From positions 1 through 54,139 of the IMG/VR virus record IMGVR_UViG_3300031669_000039: 54,139 nt of DNA. One strand, given 5' to 3'. Numbering within the stretch: position 1 is the stretch's first letter; each line of letters starts with the position of its first letter. Below the pieces are notes generated by a model. It saw nothing but the letters and a program-made list of their open reading frames with translations. It searched no databases and was not told the DNA's origin. This stretch comes from a virus (Duplodnaviria; Caudoviricetes). This document shows positions 10,199 to 21,364 of the stretch, piece after piece. A program made the position numbers and the translations under genes.

Positions 10199-11158
10199 AT
10201 GAAACTTATATGGGATGTAATAGGTGAGAGGATTTATGAAACCGGTGTAAAGAATGGTGTTCTTTATCCTAGAAGTGCTCTTGGCACTTATCCACTTGGC
10301 GTTGCTTGGAACGGTCTTTCAGGTATTACTGAGAGTCCAAGCGGTGCCGAAGCTTCACCGATCTATGCAGATGATATTAAATATTTGAATCTGATTTCTG
10401 CTGAGGAGTTCGGTGCTACCATTGAGGCTTACACTTATCCGGACGAATTTGCTGATTGTGATGGATCTGCTGACATTGCTACCGGTGTAAAAGCAGGACA
10501 GCAGAAAAGAGGCGTTTTCGGTCTTGCTTATAGGACTGCTCTCGGTAATGATGTTGATGATTTAGATCATGGCTATAAACTACATTTGATTTACGGTGCT
10601 ATTGCGGCACCTTCAGAAAAAGCTTATGCTACGATCAATGATACTCCAGAGGCGATTACGTTCTCTTGGGAAATTACAACTACTCCAGTAGAAGTAGTAG
10701 ATTTTAGACCTACTGCCTCTTTAGTTATCGACTCGACGAAGGTTGATGCTGATACCCTTGCTACTCTTGAGGATATTCTATTCGGAACAATAGCAGCAGA
10801 TCCTCGTCTTCCATTACCAGATGAAGTAGCAGCATTATTTGCTGTTGGCGCACCAGCTGCGATAGCATTGTCATCAATTGATCCTGACGATGAAGACATT
10901 GATGTTGCCATAGATACAACTATTGTTCTTACGTTCAATAATGCAATCTTGCATGAAGCAATTGTTGTCGTGGATGAAGTCGGAGATATTGTTGCTGGAG
11001 CGAAACTTTGGGATGCAACAGACAAAATCCTTACCTTCACTCCAACTGTTGATCTTACTAATTCCACTGTATATATTGTTACTATCGGCGGCGTAGTGGA
11101 TATTTATGGACAAGCGCTTACAGCTGTAGCTAAGAACTTTACTACAATTGCAGCCTAA
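10199..11158 (+). CDS. Major tail protein with C-terminal Ig-like domain
   Basis: Siphovirus tail-tube motifs (AWNGL, YADDIKY, TIEAYTYP, YATIND.PE..TFSW); last ~100 aa are Ig-like (P.D....V..DT.I.LTFN...LTFTP..DL....Y.V.I.GV.D..G). Confidence 0.85.
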   Translation: MKLIWDVIGERIYETGVKNGVLYPRSALGTYPLGVAWNGLSGITESPSGAEASPIYADDIKYLNLISAEEFGATIEAYTYPDEFADCDGSADIATGVKAGQQKRGVFGLAYRTALGNDVDDLDHGYKLHLIYGAIAAPSEKAYATINDTPEAITFSWEITTTPVEVVDFRPTASLVIDSTKVDADTLATLEDILFGTIAADPRLPLPDEVAALFAVGAPAAIALSSIDPDDEDIDVAIDTTIVLTFNNAILHEAIVVVDEVGDIVAGAKLWDATDKILTFTPTVDLTNSTVYIVTIGGVVDIYGQALTAVAKNFTTIAA

Positions 11159-11176
11159 ATAATTAACTTAATGCAG

Positions 11177-11216
11177 AGAGCCGTATTCAGGGATAAAGGG
11201 CTGGCGGCTCTTTATT
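11177..11216 (+). terminator. Putative intrinsic terminator after the major tail gene
   Basis: agagccg...cggctct inverted repeat followed by ttatt. Confidence 0.6.
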
Positions 11217-11247
11217 ATTAAAATTAAAATTGAAAGGAGAAATTATT

Positions 11248-11685
11248 ATGCTTAAGAAAACCATTACTTATATAGACTTCGATGGAAATGAGAGAAAAGA
11301 GGATTTTTATTTTAATCTTTCAAAAGCTGAAGCAATGGAAATGGAACTTGGCGTTACCGGTGGAATGACACAGATGCTCGAGAAGATCGTTGCAGAAAGA
11401 GATAATAAGAGACTTATAGAAAACTTTAAAGAAATTATACTGAAGTCGTATGGCGAAAAGTCGCCCGATGGTAGGAGATTTATTAAATCACCTGAACTCT
11501 CTATTGCTTTTTCACAAACACAAGCCTATAGTGATCTATTTATGGAGTTGGGGGAAAAAGCAGATATGGCCGCTGCATTTATAAATGGTATTATGCCTAA
11601 GCATGATGGTTCTAGCAGAAATCTAATACAAGGACCACCTCAGCAAAACAGTAATCCATCACAAAGACCTAATAGACCTATTTAG
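11248..11685 (+). CDS. Tail assembly chaperone
   Basis: Between major tail and tape measure genes; GAAAGGAG RBS before ATG 11248. Confidence 0.65.
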   Translation: MLKKTITYIDFDGNERKEDFYFNLSKAEAMEMELGVTGGMTQMLEKIVAERDNKRLIENFKEIILKSYGEKSPDGRRFIKSPELSIAFSQTQAYSDLFMELGEKADMAAAFINGIMPKHDGSSRNLIQGPPQQNSNPSQRPNRPI

Positions 11686-11728
11686 GTTTTAGGGGATATA
11701 AAAAATTTAAAAAGGAGGCGAAGAGAGA

Positions 11729-12271
11729 GTGTTACAATTAGAGGTACCTGAAAGAGAATCATATGACGAACTTACGTCATCGTTCATCACGATAAAGAAA
11801 GAGTCTCTACAGCTCGAGCATTCTCTCATCTCTCTTTCAAAATGGGAGTCGAAATGGTGTAAATCCTTCCTTAATAAAGAACAAAAGACCATTGAGGAGA
11901 CGATTGACTACATTAGATGCATGACGATCACACAAAATATTAAATTTGAAGTTTACCTCAACCTTCCAAACGAGATATTTGATCAAGTTGAGGAATACAT
12001 AAATCTTCCTATGACGGCTACGTGGTTCAGTAATAAACAGAGTACTCAAAAAAGTCGTGAAGTTATTACTGCAGAACTTATTTATTACTGGATGATTGCT
12101 CAGAATATTCCGATGGAGTGCCAGAAGTGGCATCTTAATCGATTACTTACACTTATAGATGTTTGTAATATTAAGAATCAATCTCCTAAGAAGCAGGGGC
12201 GTAAAGATATGCTGTCTAGTCGGGCAGCTTTAAATAAGGCGCGTAGATCACAACACAACACAAAAGGATGA
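11729..12271 (+). CDS. Second tail assembly chaperone-like protein
   Basis: Position; own AAAGGAGG RBS and GTG start. Confidence 0.55.
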   Translation: MLQLEVPERESYDELTSSFITIKKESLQLEHSLISLSKWESKWCKSFLNKEQKTIEETIDYIRCMTITQNIKFEVYLNLPNEIFDQVEEYINLPMTATWFSNKQSTQKSREVITAELIYYWMIAQNIPMECQKWHLNRLLTLIDVCNIKNQSPKKQGRKDMLSSRAALNKARRSQHNTKG

Positions 12272-12303
12272 ATATAAATCCGGCAGTATAAAGGAGGGTC
12301 AAC

Positions 12304-12681
12304 ATGGTAGTAATTACGCATAGAGGTAATTTTAAGAATACTGAAAAGTTATTAAATGGCGCGAAGAAGCTGGATTATAAGAAAATTTTAGATCTATATG
12401 GGCAAGAAGGAGTTCGTGCGCTTGCTTCTGCTACTCCTGTTGATACCGGTTTAACAGCAAACTCTTGGAGTTATACAATCTCGGCTACAAAAAGTTCATA
12501 TGTAATTTCCTGGACAAACTCTAATGTTAATAATGGAGTTCCAATTGCTATTCTCTTACAGTATGGTTATGGAACACGTAACGGTGGTTATGTTCAAGGA
12601 CGTGACTATATTAATCCTGCGCTTCAACCAATCTTTGATAAGATTGCGGACGCAGCATGGCGGGAGGTAACTAAACTATGA
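12304..12681 (+). CDS. HK97 gp10-like neck/tail component
   Basis: TPVDTG.TA.SW and LQYG.GT.NGG.V.GRDYINPA motifs. Confidence 0.7.
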   Translation: MVVITHRGNFKNTEKLLNGAKKLDYKKILDLYGQEGVRALASATPVDTGLTANSWSYTISATKSSYVISWTNSNVNNGVPIAILLQYGYGTRNGGYVQGRDYINPALQPIFDKIADAAWREVTKL

Positions 12682-15600
12682 GTAGATCGATTGACGAGCG
12701 TATCGTAGATATGCAATTCAATAATCAACAATTCGAATCGGGTATAAAAGATAGTCTTGGCTCTCTTAATAAACTTAAGAAGGGTTTAGATTTGGATGGA
12801 GCTTCTAAAAGTTTATCAGGTCTAAGCAATGCCGGTAAGAATTTTTCACTCGCAGGAATTGCTGAGGGGGTCGAGAAGATTTCTAGCAGGTTTACTACTC
12901 TAGGCATTATAGGTATAACCGTCTTACAAAACATAACCAACTCTGCAATAGAAGCCGGAAAACAAATGATTAAGTCTTTAAGTACTGATCAAATAACTGC
13001 AGGTTGGGGTAAATATGAACAAAAGACAGCATCTGTTCAAACTATCATGAATTCGACTGGCAAGAGCATTGATGAGGTAAATGGTTATCTTGGAAGATTA
13101 ATGTGGTTTTCGGACGAAACAAGTTATAGTTTTACTGATATGACAGCGGCACTTTCACAAATGACAACTTCGGGTGGTGATATTGATAAACTTATTCCAT
13201 TAATTACTGGCGTTGCAAATGCTACTGCTTATGCTGGTAAAGGTGCTTTAGAGTTTCAAAGATCGATGTATAATTTAAGCCAATCTTATGGAAGTGGCGC
13301 GCTTCAATATATAGACTGGAGAAGTTTAGAACTTGCTGGTGTTGCTGGAAAAGATTTAAAACAAGTTTTAATCGACACAGGTGTTGAAATGGGTAAAATT
13401 GCTAAAGGTGAAGTTACCTTAGGAAATTTTGCCGAAACATTAAAAGATAAATGGGCCGATACATCTGTTATGGAGGTTGCTTTTGGGAAATTTTCTCAAC
13501 TTTCAGAAGAAACATATAAACTTGTTGAGGCTGGTCAGTATGATACAGCTGCAGAAGCTATGGAAGCATTAGGCGGAAAATTTTCTGAAATTGCCGAAAA
13601 AGCATTTAAATCTGCACAAGAAGCTAAGTCATTTTCTGAAGCAATAGCCGCTACAAAAGATGCAGTTAGTTCAGGATGGATGGCCTCATTTGAACATATA
13701 TTTGGCAATTATGAAGAAGCTACAAAATTATGGACAGCTGTAACTAGTGAACTTTGGGACATCTTTGCTAGCGGAGCAGAATCTCGAAACGAAATGCTTG
13801 CAGCATGGAAAGCAGGAGATGGTAGATGGGATCTAATTGAAGGCGCGTTTAATGTTCTTGAAGGTATTAGAGAAATTTTAAGACCTATAGGCGAGGCTTT
13901 CAGAGACATCTTTCCTTCAATGACAGCAGAACGATTACTCGAGATTACAAAGAATTTTCGTGATCTTACAAGGAACTTCAAAATAGGAGAAGAAACTGCT
14001 GATAATCTTAAACGGACATTCAAGGGTTTATTCGCTTTTCTTGATATTGGAAAACAATTCTTTTCTGCAATTGGAAAAGGAGTAGGAACATTATTAAAAA
14101 ACTTACTTCCTGCTGGTCGTGGATTACTTTCCTTTACAGGATCAATCGGAGACTGGCTTGTGGCTCTTAATGAGACAATCAAGACGGGAGATGTATTTAA
14201 CAAAGCATTAGAGAAGATCGTTAAAGGTATTGAATGGGTTTCGGAAAAAGTCAAAATTGGTATAACTACTATCATTGATTTCTTCAAGTCTTTTGGCAAA
14301 GTTGATTTAAGCGGGATTTCTTCTTTCTCTGAACGAATTAAAATAAGATTTGAACCTCTTACAAAACTTGGTGAATTTATAAGTGGGCCTTTTTCTAAAA
14401 TGGTCGAAATACTTAAAAAAGTGGCGCCCATCTTCTATAAAGTTACTGAGATTATAGGTAAAGCCTTTGGTAATCTTCGTGAGAAATTAGGGACAGCTCT
14501 TGATAATAGTGACTTTAACTCGTTCTTCGACATCTTAAATAGCGGGTTGTTTGCAGGTATTATGGTTGGTATAAGTAAGATTAGTAATAATTTAGGCAAC
14601 TTTACAAAATCAGCAAGATGGTTTCTTGATGGTATTACCGAGTCTCTTGAGGCTATGGCTTTAAAATTAAAAGCGGCTGCTCTTCTTAAAATAGCTATTG
14701 CTATTGGTGTATTAGCTGCTTCTCTTCTTTTATTGTCTATGATTAATTCCGAGAAGCTTACAATGGCTTTAGCTGCTATAACTACACTATTTGTTAATCT
14801 TTTTGGCTCATTAGGAATCTTTGAGAAGAGTATGGCTGGTACGAAATTTATAGGGCTTAATAAAATGGCACTTGCAATGATTGGTATATCTGTTGCTATT
14901 CTTATTTTATCTGCTGCATTAAAGAAATTAGAGGGCATTGATCAAGAAGGAGTTACTAATGGTCTTGTTGGTATTACGGCTTTAATGGCAATGTTGATTG
15001 GATCAATGAAAGTACTTTCTGCTAATACTGGTGCTTTAATAAAAGGTACCGCTGGTTTTGTTATATTTGCGGCAGCTATAGTAATTCTTACCAGCGCTGT
15101 AAAGAAACTTGCGGAACTTGATCCAGCTAGCTTAGCAAAAGGTCTCATTGGTGTTGGTGTATTAATGACTGAACTTGCCCTATTTATGAAAGTAACTAAC
15201 CTTGATGGCATGGGTGTTGGAAAGGGTGTAGGGATCTTACTTTTGGCAGTAGCTATATCTATATTGGCAATTGCTGTAAAGAAATTTGGTGGACTTGACA
15301 CTAGTGTCCTAATTAAAGGATTGATCGGTATTACGGCTGTTTTTACGGCTCTTGCAATATTTGTAAATGCTACTGGTGATGCAAAGAAAGTGATATCTAC
15401 AGCGATTGGTTTAACTATTCTTGGCGCGGCAATGCTTATATTTGCTAGCGCGATTGAAAAGATGGGTAATTTATCGATGGAGCAAATTGGAAAAGGGCTA
15501 CTTACAATGGGTGCTGCGCTTGGTATTATAACCCTTGCCCTTCAGTTTATGCCAAAAAGTACGATAAGTATTGGTATTGGGCTTTTAGCAATAGCTGCGG

Positions 15601-18488
15601 CATTACTTATCCTGTCGACAGCACTAAGTAACATGGGGGGAATGTCTTGGGAAGAAATAGCTAAAGGACTTATTGTTTTAGCTGGTTCTTTAACTATTAT
15701 TGCTGCAGCAATGTATTTCATGACTACAGCTTTGCCAGGTGCGGCAGCATTATTAGTTATTTCAATAGCACTTACCATATTGGCTACTGTATTATCGAAA
15801 CTTGGAAATATGTCACTTTCAGAGATTGGTCATGCATTACTTACTTTAGTTGGTGTATTTGTTATTCTTGGAGTAGCAGCTCTTATCTTAGGTCCTGTAA
15901 CGCCAATTCTTTTAGCTCTTGCCGGTGCAATTTTATTATTTAGTGTCGCGACATTAGCTGCAGGAGCAGGGGTATTACTATTTTCTACAGGATTGGCTGC
16001 TTTAGCCGTTTCTGGTACTGCTGGTGCAGCAGCACTTGTGATTATTGTAACGAGTCTTTTAGGATTAATTCCGATGGCAATGGAACAAATTGGAAAAGGC
16101 ATCATTATATTTGCAAGCGTTATCAAAGAGGGAATTCCTGCCATTGCGGAGGCTATGAAGGCTGTTTTGCTATCGATTATCGCTATTATTATCGAAGTAA
16201 CGCCTGAGATTATAGCATGTATAATGTTTCTCTTGATAACATTACTTGTTGCTCTTAAAGATGCTGTTCCTAAAATGGTAGATTCCGGCTTAAAACTTAT
16301 TGTTGGTATACTTAAAGGTATTGCTGAGAATATCGATGAAGTAGTAGCTGCTGGTATTGATGTAATATTAGGGTTCTTAAAAGGCGTAGAGTCCAAGCTT
16401 CCTGACGTTATTGATTCGGCATTTACATTAATTATAGCGTATATCAATGGGTTAGCAGATGCTATTCGAAATAATCATGATGCTATATTTGATGCTTGTG
16501 AGAATTTAGTTGATGCTATTCTGGATGCCTTTAAGTCTTTAGCTTCTAGATTTACAAAAGTAGGAGAAAACGTAGTTACAGGTTTGACTGATGGTATTAA
16601 AAACACAATAGCTAAAGCTAAAACAGCCGCTTCAAATTTAGCAAACAATATAGCTACTACTTTTAAAAATATTCTTGGTATTAAATCTCCGTCAAAAACT
16701 TTCCAGGATTATGGTTTGAATATTATTGAAGGTTTAAAAGCAGGCATCAAAGATAATACGCCTAAAGTTGTTAAAGAGACTGAAACTATGTCTAAAAAAG
16801 TTAAAGAGGCAGGCTTAAAAGAAACTGTTGCGTGGATAGAAAAACGCAAGTATTATAACCAATTAAGTTTGAAAGAAGAACTCGCTACTTGGGAGAAATT
16901 ACAGAAACGGTATAAACAAAATTCTGAAGAACGTCAAAAGATAGATAAAGAAATCTATAGAGTCAAAAATGAATTGATGAAAGAGGAATACAATCAATCA
17001 ATTGCATGGATTGACGAAAAGAAATTTTATAATCAATTAAGTCTTAAAGACGAACTTGCCGCCTGGGAAAGAGTGCAAAGTAGATATTTGGAAGGCACTG
17101 AAGAGCGTAAAAGAGCGGATAGAGAAGTATATACACTCAAGAACAATTTAATTAAATCGGAGGAAGAAGAAGGGAAAAAAGCATTCGATCACTCAGTTAA
17201 TTGGATTGATGAAAAGAAATATTATAATCAATTAAGTCTAACTGAAGAACTTGCTGCTTGGAAAAGAGTGCAAAGTAGATACTTAAAAGGCACCGAAGAG
17301 CGTAAGAAAGCAGATCGAGAAGTATACAGAGTTAAAAAGGAACTAACAGAGAAACAAACACAAATTGATGAAGAATACTATACAAAATCGCAAGAAATTA
17401 ATAATAAGTTAAAAGATAATATTAAATCTCTTCGAGATGAGTATATAAATGCGGTCGAATCAAGGGCTGATTCTTTATATAGTTTTGCTGGATTATTTGA
17501 TGAATTTAGAGAGCAGCAGAAAATAAATGGTGATAGTTTAATTATTAATCTCACCAATCAAGTTCATGCATTTGAGGCTTGGCAGAGAAATATTAATTCG
17601 TTAGCAACAAAAAAACTGCCCGACAAGTTAATGGAAGAACTCAGAAGTATGGGTCCTAGTTCAGCAGCGCAAATTGATGCTTTAAATCGTTTGAGCGCGC
17701 CAAAATTAGAGGCCTTCGTATCGCTATGGCAAAGAAAGTATTATGCAGCCAATAAACAGGCTACAAGTGAACTTGAAGATATGCGTATAGAAACTAATAA
17801 TCAAATAGCAGCCTTAACATCCGAAACAGATAAAGAACTTGAAGGTCTAAAAAGTATATGGGCAAGACAAATATTATCTTTAACTATCACTACTGTCGAA
17901 CAGTTTACGGAGTTAAATACTGAAATAGGAAAATCAGTTAATATCCTTAAAAAAGATACAGCAGAGGAATTTGTATCTCTTGGGAACAGTATCAAGGAGG
18001 TATTTGTTAATAATGAATGGACTGAAGTTGGATCTACCGTTATAACAAGTATAGCTGCGGGTATTAAAAATGCAGTTGCTCATTTAGTTACTGTAACAAA
18101 AGAGACTGTTATTATGGCGGTAACCGCTGCTAAACAAGCTCTTAATCAGAGAATCAATGAAGAGGGTTTTATAGATCTTTCACCAACTATTAGTCCTGTA
18201 CTTGATTTAACGGATATTAGCGAAGGACTTAGAGCGATATTTGACAAAAGATACTATCTTTCGGTAGCAACTACAGGTATTAAAGCAGCAAATATATCAA
18301 CAAGTTTAGAAGGGCCAAGTAATCCTGGTCCACCAAGGGCCGGTATAATAAATAATGAAGATTCGAGCAGTTTAACGATTAAGAACTATTATACTGTACG
18401 AGGCGACAGCGATATTCGTAAGATTAATCAAGATTTGAGGAACACTTTAGATCGGTATAATAATGCGAAAGGGGTGTTGGTGCCGTGA
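12678..18488 (+). CDS. Tape measure protein
   Basis: 1936 aa; N-terminal tape-measure domain, long hydrophobic Ala/Leu/Ile repeats, LGIKSPSK.F motif. Confidence 0.92.
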   Translation: MSRSIDERIVDMQFNNQQFESGIKDSLGSLNKLKKGLDLDGASKSLSGLSNAGKNFSLAGIAEGVEKISSRFTTLGIIGITVLQNITNSAIEAGKQMIKSLSTDQITAGWGKYEQKTASVQTIMNSTGKSIDEVNGYLGRLMWFSDETSYSFTDMTAALSQMTTSGGDIDKLIPLITGVANATAYAGKGALEFQRSMYNLSQSYGSGALQYIDWRSLELAGVAGKDLKQVLIDTGVEMGKIAKGEVTLGNFAETLKDKWADTSVMEVAFGKFSQLSEETYKLVEAGQYDTAAEAMEALGGKFSEIAEKAFKSAQEAKSFSEAIAATKDAVSSGWMASFEHIFGNYEEATKLWTAVTSELWDIFASGAESRNEMLAAWKAGDGRWDLIEGAFNVLEGIREILRPIGEAFRDIFPSMTAERLLEITKNFRDLTRNFKIGEETADNLKRTFKGLFAFLDIGKQFFSAIGKGVGTLLKNLLPAGRGLLSFTGSIGDWLVALNETIKTGDVFNKALEKIVKGIEWVSEKVKIGITTIIDFFKSFGKVDLSGISSFSERIKIRFEPLTKLGEFISGPFSKMVEILKKVAPIFYKVTEIIGKAFGNLREKLGTALDNSDFNSFFDILNSGLFAGIMVGISKISNNLGNFTKSARWFLDGITESLEAMALKLKAAALLKIAIAIGVLAASLLLLSMINSEKLTMALAAITTLFVNLFGSLGIFEKSMAGTKFIGLNKMALAMIGISVAILILSAALKKLEGIDQEGVTNGLVGITALMAMLIGSMKVLSANTGALIKGTAGFVIFAAAIVILTSAVKKLAELDPASLAKGLIGVGVLMTELALFMKVTNLDGMGVGKGVGILLLAVAISILAIAVKKFGGLDTSVLIKGLIGITAVFTALAIFVNATGDAKKVISTAIGLTILGAAMLIFASAIEKMGNLSMEQIGKGLLTMGAALGIITLALQFMPKSTISIGIGLLAIAAALLILSTALSNMGGMSWEEIAKGLIVLAGSLTIIAAAMYFMTTALPGAAALLVISIALTILATVLSKLGNMSLSEIGHALLTLVGVFVILGVAALILGPVTPILLALAGAILLFSVATLAAGAGVLLFSTGLAALAVSGTAGAAALVIIVTSLLGLIPMAMEQIGKGIIIFASVIKEGIPAIAEAMKAVLLSIIAIIIEVTPEIIACIMFLLITLLVALKDAVPKMVDSGLKLIVGILKGIAENIDEVVAAGIDVILGFLKGVESKLPDVIDSAFTLIIAYINGLADAIRNNHDAIFDACENLVDAILDAFKSLASRFTKVGENVVTGLTDGIKNTIAKAKTAASNLANNIATTFKNILGIKSPSKTFQDYGLNIIEGLKAGIKDNTPKVVKETETMSKKVKEAGLKETVAWIEKRKYYNQLSLKEELATWEKLQKRYKQNSEERQKIDKEIYRVKNELMKEEYNQSIAWIDEKKFYNQLSLKDELAAWERVQSRYLEGTEERKRADREVYTLKNNLIKSEEEEGKKAFDHSVNWIDEKKYYNQLSLTEELAAWKRVQSRYLKGTEERKKADREVYRVKKELTEKQTQIDEEYYTKSQEINNKLKDNIKSLRDEYINAVESRADSLYSFAGLFDEFREQQKINGDSLIINLTNQVHAFEAWQRNINSLATKKLPDKLMEELRSMGPSSAAQIDALNRLSAPKLEAFVSLWQRKYYAANKQATSELEDMRIETNNQIAALTSETDKELEGLKSIWARQILSLTITTVEQFTELNTEIGKSVNILKKDTAEEFVSLGNSIKEVFVNNEWTEVGSTVITSIAAGIKNAVAHLVTVTKETVIMAVTAAKQALNQRINEEGFIDLSPTISPVLDLTDISEGLRAIFDKRYYLSVATTGIKAANISTSLEGPSNPGPPRAGIINNEDSSSLTIKNYYTVRGDSDIRKINQDLRNTLDRYNNAKGVLVP
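16833..17340 (+). repeat. Three coding repeats in the tape measure C-terminal region (WIDEKKYYNQLSL.EELAAWERVQSRYL.GTEERK.ADREVY)
   Basis: Copies begin near 16833, 17007 and 17202; copies 2 and 3 are nearly identical in DNA. Confidence 0.85.
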
Positions 18489-19252
18489 TAGGTAGTTTTA
18501 TATTTAATGATATAGAAAGTAGTGCATTTAGTTTGGTTTGCAAATCAGTTAAGCGGCCATTACTCCCAGCAGTCAAAGTGAGTCGAATTGAGATATTAGG
18601 CACTTCTGGTGTTCATGATTTTAGCGAGCATGAGTATTCTTTAAGGCCTATAATAATGCGTATAATCTATATTGGTACAAGTTATGAGGAATTACGTACA
18701 AGGGCTCGTAGTATTGCCGCTTGGTTGAGCACAAATGTGTGGGCTAAATTAATCATCAAAGATGAAGACGACAAATATTATTTAGCTAAAGTTACAAGTG
18801 AAATAGATTTAGAAAGTTTATGGGAATCCGGCACGGCTGACATCGATTTTGATTGCCAGCCCTTTGCTTATTCTGTAGATGAGTCTATATTTAGTTTCTT
18901 AGCAGTGGCCGTAACACCTTATGAATTTACTAACTTGGGGACTCGACTGATTAATTATCGGAGCCCTCAGGGTAGCAAGTTTCTAATAGAGGTTGAAGGG
19001 ACATGGACGTCAATAACGTTATCTATTAACGGAAAAACGTTAACGTATCCAGAAGAAGTGCTTGTAAGTGATATACTTACGATTGATAGTATTGAAATGG
19101 AGGCTACTTTAGGAGAGGTTAACGTATTTGGCGATCTTACTGGCGACATTGACGATTTCTTCACTTTAATTTCTGGGGACAATACACTTACTATTGATGG
19201 TATAAATTTTGATGTAGAAGTAACTATTAAGTTTATTTCATTATGGTTATAG
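18485..19252 (+). CDS. Distal tail protein (Dit)
   Basis: Follows the tape measure gene; F.FN...S..F.L, G..G, I..WL, D.DKYY.A, F.CQPFAYS Dit pattern. Confidence 0.8.
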   Translation: MIGSFIFNDIESSAFSLVCKSVKRPLLPAVKVSRIEILGTSGVHDFSEHEYSLRPIIMRIIYIGTSYEELRTRARSIAAWLSTNVWAKLIIKDEDDKYYLAKVTSEIDLESLWESGTADIDFDCQPFAYSVDESIFSFLAVAVTPYEFTNLGTRLINYRSPQGSKFLIEVEGTWTSITLSINGKTLTYPEEVLVSDILTIDSIEMEATLGEVNVFGDLTGDIDDFFTLISGDNTLTIDGINFDVEVTIKFISLWL

Positions 19253-19267
19253 GGAGGAGATGGCAAA

Positions 19268-21364
19268 ATGATTAAAATTTTAGATAGTAATTTAATTAGG
19301 GTTGGTATCATTAAAAACGCCATCTCTTCTGGTCGTCTTGAAGAGATTAATGGAGAAAACACCTTAGATTTCACAGCAATTTTGGATGCTAAGTTGAATG
19401 CTTTTATTGATGAAAATACTATATTTGAACTTGACAATGAATATTTTGATATTGCACGCTTTAAGAAAGATACAAATGAAGATAATACTTATACTCTTGA
19501 AGTTGAAAGCGAGCATGTTTCTTACAGGTTAAATGATCCTCTATTAAACGTTGAATACTTCACAGAAGAAGGAACGCCAACTTATATTTTAGGTCAAATC
19601 TTAGACGGTACTGATTTCACGATTGGAACAATCGAGTATGAAGATGTAATTACATATTCTGCGCAAGAAGCAAAAAGTCGTAGAGGCTTATTAATGGAGT
19701 TTGTTGCATATTTAGGTGGTGAAATTTCTTTTTCGAACTTCGAAATTAGTATAGTAGTACACAGAGGTAGTTCGGTTGTAAAGTCAGTGATCAAAGGGAA
19801 GAATGTCAACGTTGTAAGTAAAATCTTTAATAAAAGACAAAAGGATACGGACGGTAATTCTATTGTATCATATTCTTGTGAGCCAATTTATTTGCCGACG
19901 GATAACTATACTCTCGGAGACGAGATCTTATTAATTCAAACGGATTTAAATATTCGAGAACAATTAAGAGTGGTGTCTTTAAGATATAACCCATATAATA
20001 GTCGAGAAGTAACATTTCAGTTCGCCAATTATGTAAATGGTTTGGCGGATCGGTTATATCATATAGAGACCAGTACAGTAGTAAAAGATAAAATATATAA
20101 TGGTACTCGAATAGGTCCTGAGTTTGGATTCGAGGCCATTCGTAGTGATAAGAAAGCACGTGCATATTTCCGAAGTGATGGTATGGCGATGCAAGCAGGC
20201 GATGGTGTGGGTAATTATGCAAACAAACTATATTATGATTATAATCCTGAGACGGACGAAACCATATTAGTTTTTGATGGCATATTATCAGCACAAGTTA
20301 TTGAAGCAGTTGCGGCAACCATTGATATTGTCGTATCTTACACCATTATTACCCAGAACCTCTATGCTTCTGATGGACGTGTTACCAAGTTAACGGTTGA
20401 CAGACTTTTAACAGGTAATGTACTTGACGGTGATGAATATATATACTATATTGATATTCATGATCAGTATGAAAAGTTTATCGAAGCTCATCGTAGGGAT
20501 GATCTTCCTCAAATTCAATATACGAATGCAGAAGATGAACTGCTATACTGGGCTGATGAAGAGCATGAAACTATGGGAATAGAGATTACTGATTTTCCTG
20601 TAAAGGTATATCAATATGATTTATTGGAAAAAATGCAACTATGTTTTGAGATGGTTGGAGCATATATGGTACCTAAAATTATGCTTGGCGCTGGTGATGG
20701 TATTTTAGAAAAAAGTGGAAAAGCTGAAATATATAAATCTGAATTAGGATTATTTATTAATTATTATAAAAATACTACTTCAGAATTACGTCAGATAAAA
20801 TTAACAAATGATGGAATTGTAATGACACCATCATTTTTAATATTTCCAGACACAACAAATGATGCCCAAGTAAATGCAGAATCTGAAACAACTTTGCAAG
20901 GAATAGATATTAGTTTTAAAAATACAACAAGAGTAGCTTTTGATGTCCAAATAGATGTAACTGCTTCAGTGGCAATGACTGTAACAATTAAGGCTAGAAT
21001 TGCAGGGGAGACACATAGACAAACAATTAAATATTTTGCAGGGGCATATAAAGATCAAGTTGTTTTCAATGGAATATTTGATATTGTTGCTGTTGGTTTA
21101 AAGACTGTAGATTTTACAATTACTCCAAGTTCAGGAACAGCTACTATTGAAATTGGAGAATATCGAATGATGTTAACAGTAAGAGATGCAGAAGCAACAG
21201 AAGCAGCTGGATGGCCGGAAGCGAATGTCGAGGATGCAATAACTTCTATAGCTGCAAAAATATTAGATTCGATTTTGGTAGTATTACCAACCGATATTCA
21301 GGTAGAGTCAGAAGATACTATAAGCTTAATATTAACAGATGATGTGGAGGTGCAAGTAACATGA
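19268..21364 (+). CDS. Baseplate hub / Tal-like minor tail protein with C-terminal extension
   Basis: Follows Dit; EEING..TL.F, EHVSY.L, GGE..F.NF.I, I.GKN pattern of prophage tail endopeptidase-like proteins. Confidence 0.75.
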   Translation: MIKILDSNLIRVGIIKNAISSGRLEEINGENTLDFTAILDAKLNAFIDENTIFELDNEYFDIARFKKDTNEDNTYTLEVESEHVSYRLNDPLLNVEYFTEEGTPTYILGQILDGTDFTIGTIEYEDVITYSAQEAKSRRGLLMEFVAYLGGEISFSNFEISIVVHRGSSVVKSVIKGKNVNVVSKIFNKRQKDTDGNSIVSYSCEPIYLPTDNYTLGDEILLIQTDLNIREQLRVVSLRYNPYNSREVTFQFANYVNGLADRLYHIETSTVVKDKIYNGTRIGPEFGFEAIRSDKKARAYFRSDGMAMQAGDGVGNYANKLYYDYNPETDETILVFDGILSAQVIEAVAATIDIVVSYTIITQNLYASDGRVTKLTVDRLLTGNVLDGDEYIYYIDIHDQYEKFIEAHRRDDLPQIQYTNAEDELLYWADEEHETMGIEITDFPVKVYQYDLLEKMQLCFEMVGAYMVPKIMLGAGDGILEKSGKAEIYKSELGLFINYYKNTTSELRQIKLTNDGIVMTPSFLIFPDTTNDAQVNAESETTLQGIDISFKNTTRVAFDVQIDVTASVAMTVTIKARIAGETHRQTIKYFAGAYKDQVVFNGIFDIVAVGLKTVDFTITPSSGTATIEIGEYRMMLTVRDAEATEAAGWPEANVEDAITSIAAKILDSILVVLPTDIQVESEDTISLILTDDVEVQVT

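Noticed and set aside
11640-11740. Programmed frameshift between tail assembly chaperones
   Set aside because: The ORFs do not overlap, the second has its own strong RBS and GTG start, and no clear slippery heptamer precedes the first stop
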